DNA of 64,000 bases, from NCBI GenBank assembly GCA_010015585.1, contig ML975185.1; one strand, given 5' to 3'. The DNA is from Eremomyces bilateralis CBS 781.70. Lineage: Eukaryota. Both the position numbers and the translations under genes were made by a program. Under the pieces are notes generated by a model, which searched no databases, was not told the origin of the DNA, and saw only the letters and a program-made list of their open reading frames with translations. This document shows positions 1 to 10,696 of the stretch, in pieces. Position 1 is the first letter of the stretch, and every line of letters starts with the position of its first letter.

Positions 1-3000
1 TGCCTTGAAATGCACCGACTCTGTTGATATTCCGTCCACTCGTCCTTGGCCCCAGGGGTCGGCGTTCTCCAAGAGAATATTGATCAACTCGATCTGAAGC
101 GTGATCAGAATTCGGATGGTAGAAACTGCCCACAAACTCCATGTCGGCGAAGAAATCATCGGCAGTTAGGTCGACCTCATCCGGAGACCGCGATTCTTCT
201 TCGAGTTCTTCTTTCTCCACAAATGCATCGCCAGTAAACGAAGCCATCATGTCCTCCATGGGCACCACCTGTGTTCGATACTTCTGTTCTTCGCTTATTG
301 GTGGGGATTTCGGCTTCAACCCGCTGGCCATACCGATGAGAGTTTGAGTCGAGTCGGCACATGTTTCCATTACGAACAGCTCATCTTTGAAGTCCACCTC
401 AACTGCCTTTGCTCCATCAGCGGCCTCATCGACCTGGATTACTGCCTGGGCAGCAGAGATGACACCAATGGAAACATAGCCTTGATCTTGTAGATCTCGT
501 GCATGCTTGCTTTCGCCAAAGGTCATCGCCGGTTGTCTTGGGGGTCTTTCTACGAATTCATCTAACCTCTCAACGTCGTCAATCAGCAGCAAAGATGCCT
601 TTCGGATATCCAGGACGGCCTTGATAGGGTGATCGATGGGCAGCGCGCCATGGAGCCTGGTGTTCGTACAAAGAAACAGTGCCTTTGCAGTAGAATCATA
701 CGGGTTTAACCCCACCGCACAATCTCGGAGCAAAATATCCAATTGTAATGGTTTTCGCTCGAGCTTCTCTGGGCTAGGTTGTCGGGTCGACACATTCTCA
801 GAGTCCATCGTGATTGTGGCGATAGATAATGCGAGTTCCGTTGTGAGTTCTTCAACTGTTCCTTCTTCGTCAAGACCAAGTATTGCCATGACAGTACTGA
901 CATTGTATTCACAGCAAAGGTTGTGCAGTTTGATTTTAACCGTCGGCTCCATCTCGCCGCCAACCATGCGCGCCATGATCATGGCAGAGTCCTCGGAGGC
1001 CGGGAAACGTAGGACCGGTTTGATGATTTCTTCATCGTCGCCTCGGAAAACCGAAATAGTGCCGACCTCTACGGCTGAAAGGGGTGGGAAGACGACGTGT
1101 GCAACCTGAGCGTTTTTGCACTTCACCCGAGCACTCCCAAAGCGAGCATTTACGGGCATTTCGAGGTCGATATCCTTGATAAGACAGAGGATCAACGGCC
1201 CGGGACTATCATCTTCAGGGAGGTACTTGGTGACGGTCGAAAGTTTGGTGATCTCTTCGTTCAACGACCGCATCTGATCAAGGCCTTCAGGGTTGACGAT
1301 GTTGATGCGGACAGCAGAGGACGTCAAGCGAACAACAGGGCCTCTTTTGCGTTGTCTCAAAAGGATCTCAAGCAATATGTCGTCATCATCCTCATACTTG
1401 TCCTTGGATGGGGTAATCAGGGACACGAGCCTCGTCAGGTCTGATTCTTCCGGTGCGAAACGGAATTCGAGACGCGAGTTGTCGATATCCACCGTAACAG
1501 GGGGGCCGTTCTGCCCTGAAAAGTCATTTGCGCATGTCAATCGAACGGCATCTATCTGCGCGCCAAAAACGGTCTCCCGGAACACGAGCTTAATGGCGGT
1601 CGTTCGAAGCGCAACGGAAGCAGACCTGCCGGCGAGAGTGAAGGTAAAGCCCGCAATACGGGCATTCAGTTTTATTTTGGCTGCAGCATCGCTCGTGGGC
1701 GGGCTCACGGTCGGAGTTGAAGGAGCGAAATGAACACCCTGCGATTTGGGTTTCTTCGGCGTAATAATTGGAGTAGGACTGTTCGAACTGATCGAATTGC
1801 TCAATTCCAGGACTCCGCTCAACCCTCCAAATGCACTCAATGTTTCGTCCAATAGAGGCATATCCAAATTGAAGATAACTGGAAGCGTGGAAACTCCAAT
1901 ATCGAAGGTATTCGCCTTTTTGTGCACCCATGCAGATATAGCTTTCGCTTGGACTTCCTTCAGCACCCTAGTGGATGTTCTCAAGCTTGCCGAGTCATCA
2001 AAGGAAAGTATCTTGTAACTTGTATTCCCAAGCTCAAAACGTCCGATATCTAAGCGACATTTACACGGGTGCAGAAAGTCGTCAATAGAAATGTCAATAT
2101 TTTTCATATCCACAACGAGGATGGCTCGTCGATTCGGTGAAGGATAGTTGTCTGGGTCAGGATCACAGTCGATACTTTCTGACATTTCTTCAACAAACGA
2201 TAAGATAAAGTCCTTGACCTGGAAATTCAGAGGTGCAGGTGTGTGGCTTGGGGATGCATCCGACGGATCCGACGAATCCGACGTGGACAATCCAGTGTCT
2301 AGCTGGCGGAGAAGCTTTAGGATGAGGACGGACAGGATACGACTTGTAAGAGTATCCAGGTGGGAAGTTATCGTCGATGCCTCTAACCCCAGTGGATTTT
2401 TAGCTTCAAAGGCGGTACCCGATTCTTCCGAACGGCTATCAGCTCGAATGGACGCAGTAGACTGCCAAGGATCATTGATCGAGGGTCGACGCCGTGCTGC
2501 GGTGGCAGATGCATATTGGGAGAACGATCCTTCGATGCCCGTGTTTGGTAACGTCATTTCTGAGGGTCGATGCTTCGGCGCATCTTCTGAAGGCCCGGCC
2601 ACAGGCGGATCGACCTCTTCTTCGGAGGGAATCCAGACAAGAAGCTCGTCCACTTTGAGAAAATCGCGGACAGTCTTTGGCAAACCTTCCGTATTCTCGT
2701 CGACCGGTTGAACGCTTTCGGCCACGCCATCATCGTGGACTGGAGGTGCAAAAAAGGAGGATGTAGTGGTATTCGCGCCCCCGTCCGACGTTGGGCTCCT
2801 AGGTCTTGGCGTCACGCAGTCTCGCTCATCCGAATCTTGTGTAGGAGGCTGAGATGGTCCCGCCCCCGAGACATCCGCAATAGTGGGTTGTCCAGAGTCA
2901 GATACGGGCGGAGATGCCTCCCACGCACCAGGGACTCCATGTCTCGAGTCAACCTGGGGAGGTGCTTGGCTCATTGCGCTCATATACATACTTTCGGCCT

Positions 3001-4651
3001 GCTCGTGAGTGAACAATTGGGACTCGGCAAGTTCGCCCATGTCGGAGCCTGAAGAATTGCCTGACGATGGAACTTTTGTTAATGACGGTTCATGATAATG
3101 GATGCCAGAGCCCTGGCTGGATGCCTCGTCAGATGGCAGTGATGATTTAGCGGCGAGTGGTTCCGACTGAGAGAGTAGAATCCCTTGACCTTCCGCTACG
3201 TGATCCAAAGACCTTGACGACCAGAGAGGCGCATCAGTATTTGCTGAAGTCACGAGATTGGCAAGCCGCAGTGGTAGGGACTGAGAACTCCCACTATCAG
3301 AAGCAGACCGGCGGCTTTGAAGTTGCCTTCGGGTTCGCCAATCATGGAATGATACAGACTGTGTCAGTTCTGGATCGTCTTCCCAAAAAGAGTCTCCGAC
3401 GGAGGCTATGCCAACGTCGTCAATCTCGCGCTCCAAGATCGTGGGGGAGCCGTTATCGCCGGGAAGAGGCATAGAGCTAACATTCCGCGTTGAAACCGGA
3501 TCATGACCATCGTCATCTGCATCGGCGAATCGGTCGGCATCTTGGGTAATAATCGAATCCCTTAGACTTTCCGAACGATTTTGCCGAATCGTCGGAGAGT
3601 GGCCTGAAATGGAAGCTGTGGGACTGCGGACGGCGGATCGAGAAGTTTGCGGAGACGACGTTCTATGCCGAATTTCTGAACCGGGTAGAGATCCCGAGGT
3701 CGCACTCCCTGAAACAGAACGATTGGCTGACGGGGATGCGACAGACGGTACGGTGGACGTAGTTTGCGTATTGAACAACCTTGAGTCCGCAATCAATGAG
3801 GCAATCACATTTTGGAGTACCACTCGTCTCCGAGGACCAGGTTCTTTTACTTGAGGAGTTGGAGATGACCCGGTAGTAACCCCTTCGATCCCGATATCGT
3901 CGATGTGAAGTCGAAGGCATGCTTCATAGTCATCCTTGATGCTTATCGCGGGAAAACTTTCGTTTGATAGAGGACCAGGATCAAGAAAGCAGTCAATATC
4001 CCGGACGGTCAATTCTAACCTGTCGCCAACGCCCTTTAACCAGCTCGTCAGGAAAATGGGGAGACTGATGCCAGTCCCAGTGCCGAAAGCAAGATCGTCT
4101 TCAGATTCCGAGTCGGAAAGGTGCATCGACTGGGACTCCAAGGCCGCTTCTAATTCTTTCTTCTCGTCTGCCGGTTCCTCAGCTAAGAAGGACTTTGCCA
4201 AATCTTGAGCAGTCGGAAGGCCTTCCTCTTCGCCGTGAGCACTCGACTTAGATGGACTAGGCTGTCCTGTTCCAGCTTGTGCCGCCGGCTTAATGGTGAT
4301 TTTGAGCTCGACACCTCGCGCCTCGACTCGGATGGGTGTCGCATGAAGATCAGTTGGGATGGACACCCGGAGAAGACGTACGGTAGCTTTGGATAGCTCG
4401 AAATTCGGGGGTAGATGGAGAATCGATAGCAATTTCTACCAGACAATGCATCAGCAGTTTTATCTTTCTCCGATGGAGTCTTGGTCCCGTACCTGTGTGC
4501 GCAGCGCGACATCGCGAAGCTCTACGACGTTCTTCCTTCCCCACGCGATGTCCAAGCTGTCCAGGTCAAGTGCGTCGGTGTCGAGCACATCGATATGAGA
4601 TAGGGCATAGCGAAGGACCCGCCGCTGGATGGAATACGGGATGAACGACAT
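1..4651 (-). CDS. ATG2: Autophagy-related protein 2, 5' part (continues beyond the left edge)
   Basis: ATG at 4651 (MSFIPYSIQRRVLRYALSHIDVLD, chorein-N-like start). Intron 4436-4492 (GTACGG...GCTGAT...TAG). Exon 2 is in the same frame at the points checked down to position 1 and contains METCADSTQTL at ~370, typical of fungal Atg2. It is absent from the ORF track, consistent with no stop inside the window. Confidence 0.9.
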
Positions 4652-5527
4652 GGAGGGTTCAGGGTCCTCGGGCCAAACCCGCAATCAAGAGTGCAGAAGG
4701 ATCCTGTTTTGAGAGAGAGCCATGGGCGCAGCTGTGCGTGCCAGGTATTCCGATGAGGTGAGGGCCGCAGAGTTGGGCACGAGGGCAATAGGGTGGCACG
4801 ACAGAAAGTCAGAGGTGGGCGTCTGGATGATACAAAGGTTAATATATGAGAATCAAAGAGTGAAATAGGTCGATGGTTAAGGCAGCGGCATTGTTGGGGT
4901 CAGGGTGCCTGGAAAGAACAGAAAGACGAGCGTATAGGGTAGCTGGGTGATCAAGAGATAGGGTGTTGATGGTGCTGAATGTGGACCAGCACAGCAAGGA
5001 GACATCAGATGGTACAATGTACTGCGTAGCTTGGTTGATTGATTTGAATATAGAGGTACTCCGTACCGTTGGGTTAATAGGTTAAGGATGGTACCATCGG
5101 AACAGGACCGTACTGAAGATACAGTACATCAGGGACGGTGAGAGAGGTCCTGATATTGATCAACACAGGAACTAATACAGTACAGCCTCCAGAGGCAGTA
5201 CGTATCGGATAGTACCAAGTTAAAGGAAAGGTTGGATGAATAGTGAAGCCATCCGATGGAGGATGGAGGCATGAACCATCGGGATGATGAATGCACGTGA
5301 TCATTCTGGTGCTATGGCTGTGAATGGGGGGGTGATGGGAAAAGGCGTCAAGGCTACAAGGCTAACATGGAACTAACACCTGAGCTCGCTAACACCAGGA
5401 CGAATTCTACCCACTTCAGCGCAAAACTCGGGATCACGAAGACAAAAACATGTTCTATCAATATCATAAAAAAAAGCTGCTATATATACTTTGCTTCCTG
5501 AAGGTAAATCTTGGGAATATGCCACCC

Positions 5528-5539
5528 AAAAACAAAAAA
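5528..5539 (-). terminator. RNA polymerase III oligo-T terminator of the tRNA-Arg gene
   Basis: TTTTTTGTTTTT on the minus strand about 20 nt downstream of the tRNA 3' end. Confidence 0.8.
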
Positions 5540-5559
5540 GATCTGGCAAGTTTGATATT

Positions 5560-5691
5560 AGACCCAGCTGGGACTCGAACCCCTTTAATGGTTGTTAGTA
5601 TGATTCTTTCTCAATTTCTTGCATTTTTATGACTTACAGAACCTTGCCCTTACTATAGGAGGGGCACGCGCTACCATTGCGCCACAGAGCC
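5560..5691 (-). tRNA. tRNA-Arg(CCT) with a 5-nt anticodon-loop intron (5651-5655) and a 55-nt spliceosomal-type intron in the T-stem (5583-5637)
   Basis: Minus strand reads GGCTCTG TG GCGC AATGGTA GCGC G TGCCC CTCCTA[TAGTA]A GGGCA AGGTT CT[55 nt]GGG TTCGAGT CCCAG CTGGGTC T. Removing both inserts gives a 72-nt cloverleaf with perfect D, anticodon and T stems. A box TGGCGCAATGG, B box GGTTCGAGTCC, anticodon at 5657-5659. Confidence 0.92.
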
Positions 5692-6363
5692 AGAATTAAG
5701 CAAAATAAAGGAATTAAGCTGATGATTCTAGCTCATTTTCTAGTCGTTGTGGCCTGAGGACAGCTTGGAGAGCTGAGAGCGGGGAAAACACCAGTCACGG
5801 CTCAGCCACACTAAGATCAACATCCCTGTCACTCTGTGGAGCTAGCCCCATCCAGATTTCAGTGACAAGAGCAACAGAAGCAATCTGATCGACGAAGCAT
5901 CAATTCCTTTGAATTTTGAAACTTGAAACCCCTTGATTGCTGGCTTCACCCACCATATATTATTTCCTTGAAGATGTATAATTTCCCTTATACTTCATTT
6001 TCATTTACTGGGGTAGGACATCGAGGGTGAGGGCCATTATTGAGATTGGAAAGTTTGATATATATCCAATTCAGTCAGATCAGTAGGATAGACACTTCAT
6101 ATAGGAGGAATACGGTATTAAGATATATCTACTAACTAGACTTAAAAAAATTAGATAATGCCCTATTAGGAATGGTTATGTTAACCGCCACTAGTTTTCT
6201 TCCACCCATGATTCTGCTTTATATCACAACCTAACACTAGTTAGGACACCAATACACAAACATGTTGTACACCAATATGCTGAACCTATTGATAGTGGTA
6301 TCTTGTGAAGAGAAAGGTATTCTATGCATTGTGTGCTCTGAGTTTGCGCTTCCATTTTGTTCT

Positions 6364-7275
6364 TCATCGCAAGTTTTCTCCTCCTGAAAGATCTCCTGCA
6401 CTTTGCATCTTCTCTAACCTTTCTCCATCTTCAATCAAGTTGGTCTGAAGCAGCTCCTTCTCTGAGTCATCCACCTTTAGATCAGCGCATGAGGTGATGA
6501 AGTCGCACAACATGTTCTCAACCTGACCTGCGTTCTGGGTAAGAGCGTGATCATCACCATCAAATAGCTTGAGCGTCCTCTGCCCACCCGGTCCATACAT
6601 GGTGTACAGTCTCCCGGAACAGCTCGGACCTAGAGTTCGATCGGCTGTGCCATGAAGCAGCAGCAAGGGCCGAGGGGAAAGTTGTCGAATTCCGTCCGTT
6701 TCTGCAGTCTGACTTGCTATGGTTGCGCACCCAACAACGCGTTGATCCTTCCCCGCGACGGTCAAGGCCGGTGCACCTCCGAAGCTCCATCCTACCAAGA
6801 TGAAACGTTCCAACCCGTAAAGATCTTTCATCAAGTCCATCGCAGCGGTGACGTCTCGGGCACAATACGAGTTCCTCGCTGGGAAGCGGTAGTCCAGTCG
6901 AAGACAAGGGATCCCTCGTTCCAAACTGGCCAGTTTGTCGGAGATTCCAAGATAGACGCTGCTAGGACCGACGACCCCTCCTCCAGCTCCGGATAGAAAT
7001 ATCGCCGCCGTCTGTTTCGGGGCCGTAGTTCGATTTCGAGCGAAGTTGACGGGGAGGTGGAGAAATCCGGTGACAAAGCCATCTTGCGCATCTTCCACCT
7101 GAATCTGCAAAGGTTCAACTTTGCACAGCAGCGATTTAGGTGTCGGTATCTTGTTCAGACGTGTTGCATGGCTTAGGGCTTTGAAATCCTCGATCTTACG
7201 AGGCTGGATACCTGCCGGTTTGGTGCCGATCGCGGAGAGCGATGTCCTTCGTGATGAAGCAAGCATCGTCGCCAT
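6364..7275 (-). CDS. Alpha/beta-hydrolase fold protein
   Basis: 303-aa intronless ORF with nucleophile elbow GWSFGG, LLLLHGTADRT (Asp) and GDDHAL (His), forming a catalytic triad. Confidence 0.85.
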   Translation of the reverse strand: MATMLASSRRTSLSAIGTKPAGIQPRKIEDFKALSHATRLNKIPTPKSLLCKVEPLQIQVEDAQDGFVTGFLHLPVNFARNRTTAPKQTAAIFLSGAGGGVVGPSSVYLGISDKLASLERGIPCLRLDYRFPARNSYCARDVTAAMDLMKDLYGLERFILVGWSFGGAPALTVAGKDQRVVGCATIASQTAETDGIRQLSPRPLLLLHGTADRTLGPSCSGRLYTMYGPGGQRTLKLFDGDDHALTQNAGQVENMLCDFITSCADLKVDDSEKELLQTNLIEDGERLEKMQSAGDLSGGENLR

Positions 7276-7907
7276 ATTTGCAGAAGATATACTGATATCC
7301 TTTGTTTATTCGAATTAGTCTGTTCGCAAGTTTTGAGATGCAAGATACTAATACTGTTGCGTTGAATCGTTACTAGACACTGGACATTGATATGGCGATG
7401 ATGTCATCATTACCTCTCATGACCGGCGGATTAAAAGGGTTCAACAAAGGGTACTGTGGAAATGTTGCCTTCTCTGTTCTAACAAGGACGTGTATGTACC
7501 GTGCCACAAAAATGCATTTTCGGAAGCATTGAATGTGCCTGCAGGGCTCCTGATGGCGCAGAAGGACAACTTGGGACACAAATGGAGTAAGCTGTATGCC
7601 TTGCAGCAGCTCCACAAGGTGGGATGTAATTGTCCAGAGAGGCAGCACGGGGCCTCCTGTTGCGCATATAATCCTAGACCAAGGCCTGAGTACGACGCAT
7701 ATCGGACGGATCATCAGAGCTGGTGATCGTCTTGTGGGAGGTGCCTAAGTTTCAGAGCCTGAAGGAAATATGGATGGTTATCTCAAGCTCAGCGCATTGC
7801 TTCCAGGTTCCATGCGAATTCATACCTATTACTTGCTGTATGGCATTCCGCGCCTGTCTATTCCTGTCGACCTCTTTCCGCGCTGAAATCTCCTTTCTCA
7901 CACTGGT

Positions 7908-8990
7908 ATGGCTTCAGCCTCGATTCCGGTTGTGGACTTTGCACCCTTCTTGCGGGGAACAAAAGATCAGCCGAAAGAAATTGCCAAAATCATCGATGAT
8001 GCATTCCAGAACACGGGGTTCGTGTGCTTAGTCAACCATGGTGTGGATGCTGAGAAGGTAAAGGATGCGTTCAAATGGGTAAGATCCAGATGCCTCTACC
8101 TCTGCCAGACATCGACCAACACAAGATCAATTTAATTGACAGCAAATCAGAGTAAACGTTTCTTCGACCTTTCATCCTCCATAAAGGCACTAGCACCACA
8201 CCCACCAGGAGGGCCTCATCATCGGGGATATTCGAAACCAGGCCTAGAGAAAGTTTCGCAGGATGTTTTCGATCGTGGTTCTATTCAAACCTTGAGGAAC
8301 ATCCCTGATGTGAAAGAGTCTTTCGAGTCTGGAAATGTTGACGATGGCGATCAGCCTAACATCTGGCTTCCTAATGAATGTCTCCCAAGCTTTCGTGATT
8401 TCATGGAAGGGTTCTTCCTAGACTTACGATACGTCGTTCACATGATCCTTCAAGCTTTGGCGATCTCTCTGGATCTTCCAGAAGACCATCTGAGCACTCG
8501 ACACTCGCAGAGCTTGTTCCAGCTGAGGCTATTGCACTATCCTCCTATTCCTAGGAAGGCATTGGAGGAGGGGCTCGCATCCCGCATTAACACACACTCA
8601 GACTTTGGAACGCTCACCCTGCTCTTTCAAGACGCGGTGGGCGGTTTGGAGATACAAGATCCGGCAACGAAAGGTCGAGGGCAAAGCGAAGCGAAATTCT
8701 TTGCCGTAGAGCCAATTCAAGGGGGAGTTTTGGTCAATGTGGGTGACTTGCTGGAGCGATGGAGTAACCGAAGATGGAAGAGTACTGTGCACCGTGTCGT
8801 CGCGCCGGCAGAGAAAGTCGGAGACGGAACGGCCTGTCCCGAACAGTATTCCATTCCATTTTTCGCGACGGCGGATAATGATGCCGTAATTGAAGCGCTG
8901 CCAGGAACCTAGGGGAAGGATCGACCCAAACGATATGAATCGGTCACGGGGAAAAGGTATGTGCAAATGAGAATGGCTGCACTCTATTGA
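7908..8990 (+). pseudogene. 2OG-Fe(II) dioxygenase (isopenicillin-N-synthase-like) with an in-frame TAG at 8910-8912; probable pseudogene or recoded gene
   Basis: Exon 1 7908-8078 (IPVVDF...GFVCLVNHGV), intron 8079-8150, exon 2 with LRLLHYPP, HSDFGTLTLL, NVGDLLERWSN, STVHRV. After the TAG the frame continues with a family-like tail GKDRPKRYESVTGKRYVQMRMAALY to TGA 8988-8990. Confidence 0.75.
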
Positions 8991-9101
8991 GGGATATCTT
9001 TGTCAATCATACAGGGTATCGTCGAATCCCATAAGTCGTAAATTCCTGGATATCCACCATATCAATCCAAAACAGTGATGGGAACGTCATCCAGCGTCCC
9101 A

Positions 9102-10103
9102 TCAAGTCTCTCCGAAATTCATGTGACCTGTCTCCGTAGCATGTTGTGTTGCTGCTTGCTCCCCATTTCCTTTCCATTTGCATACATTGCACTGGATATC
9201 GAATTTGGCAGTGTCAGTGAAGTACCCTCTCTTTTGAAGCACTTGGCATAATTCTTGGGCGCGGATCAGGACTTCATCATCATACCCCTCGAAGATCGTG
9301 ATGTCAACCTCCGCCGGCATATCAGCTTTATCGAACGGAGGACTGCTCGGGTTGAGCGCAATGACGTCGTAATGGATCCCGGAGTATACCAGGACACACC
9401 TCCGGGGTGCTCCTTCGTTGAATCGATCAATTCTCTGATCTTGGACGCTCACGCTGCAGATTTCGATTCCAAGAGACTGGCTCAATATCCCCATCTCAAT
9501 CGCACCGCCCCAGGAATCCGGATGTTGAATCCAGTCGCAATACGCCTCGGGACTCCGTTGGAGTACGGCTTCGCTATATGTCTCGGGTTGTGATTGTATT
9601 CCAGCCGAAACCATGTTTCGGAGGTCGCCCATGGCATCCTGGTTGACTCCGAAGACCGCTGTACCTATGGCACGGAACAGGCAGGAGTTATCGTCGGGCA
9701 TAACCCGAAGGACGAGGGTACCGGAGTGGGTGTCGAATGGAAGCTCAGGGGGATCATTGGATACGTCTCTTGTTTTCCGTTCTAGCGCGAGGGGTTGGGA
9801 GGGTTGAGAGAGGGTATTCGATTTGTTCTTCGAGGGAGACGCCGGCCGTCGCTCGCGGGACGATACATTGCCACCCATAGCAGCGATGATAAGCTGCTCG
9901 CCGTCCAAATTGATGCCGATGTTGTTTAGCGTCGTGGTGACATCGAGGGGAAGTTCTAGTGGTTGCGGAGGGTATCCGCTCTTGATCGTGAAGGACATTA
10001 GGCCCGTCTTTTCGGTTATTGAAGCCTTGAGATCCGATACTGTCGCCGCACCGTCGAGCGAGACGGTGGAAACGCCGCCAGGGCCCCGAATTCGTATTCT
10101 CAT
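9102..10103 (-). CDS. OTU1: Ubiquitin thioesterase OTU1 (YOD1 family)
   Basis: N-terminal UBX-like region, catalytic motifs MPDDNSCLF, WGGAIE and YSGIHYD, C-terminal C2H2 zinc finger (CNVC...HATETGH). Confidence 0.95.
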   Translation of the reverse strand: MRIRIRGPGGVSTVSLDGAATVSDLKASITEKTGLMSFTIKSGYPPQPLELPLDVTTTLNNIGINLDGEQLIIAAMGGNVSSRERRPASPSKNKSNTLSQPSQPLALERKTRDVSNDPPELPFDTHSGTLVLRVMPDDNSCLFRAIGTAVFGVNQDAMGDLRNMVSAGIQSQPETYSEAVLQRSPEAYCDWIQHPDSWGGAIEMGILSQSLGIEICSVSVQDQRIDRFNEGAPRRCVLVYSGIHYDVIALNPSSPPFDKADMPAEVDITIFEGYDDEVLIRAQELCQVLQKRGYFTDTAKFDIQCNVCKWKGNGEQAATQHATETGHMNFGET

Positions 10104-10696
10104 GGTTACAATAGTATTCGCTCCTGGGTTGTGTTGCTCAAGACCCGACAGTCCGTGGAACAGAAGATGGTGTTGGAAAGGAAGTTGGTAAGAGCGCGTT
10201 CAGTGATTTGGGGGAATGGCTGCTCCTGTATCTTGTACACGCCAATGCTTGGAAGGAACTGAGTGCACGATGAACGTCTATATTACGGAATGTAATCCAC
10301 CTGCATGTCAAGTTGCCCGTTGTCGGTGATGTTGAATTCCCGATGTGAGATGACGCGGTGTCGGCCATATTTCGGGATATCACGTGCTGGATATCCTTGC
10401 CGGGGTCCTTGGTGAAGCTTACGATAGCAAGGATTCCAAGAATGTACGGAGTAGTGTGCAGTTCTCCCTGCTTTTCATGGTCAATTCCTTAACCAGCCAC
10501 AATTGGAGCAATTCCAAATACGCGAGGATGTCCCACCGGTTCCTCAACCATACTACCGTAGAGACTGGTTATATTTCATCGGCGATGTTCACAATATAAT
10601 GTGGTCGAAGAAGCAAGTTCTGTACGGAATTCATCGATATTCCTCACATATGTTGTTACATATATTGTTACATAGACTCAGGCATGTCTCATACTA

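Noticed and set aside
46..4598. Many plus-strand and short minus-strand ORFs
   Set aside because: Antisense or off-frame shadows of the long ATG2 exon; the same applies to ORFs overlapping RRP6, the permeases, CCT7 and APC1.
5352..5396. Three branch-point-like motifs (GCTAAC, ACTAAC, GCTAAC) on the plus strand near the tRNA
   Set aside because: Opposite strand to the tRNA and no convincing donor or exon structure; likely a short degenerate repeat.
5450..5632. 60-aa ORF overlapping the tRNA
   Set aside because: Antisense to the tRNA, AT-rich, no protein features.
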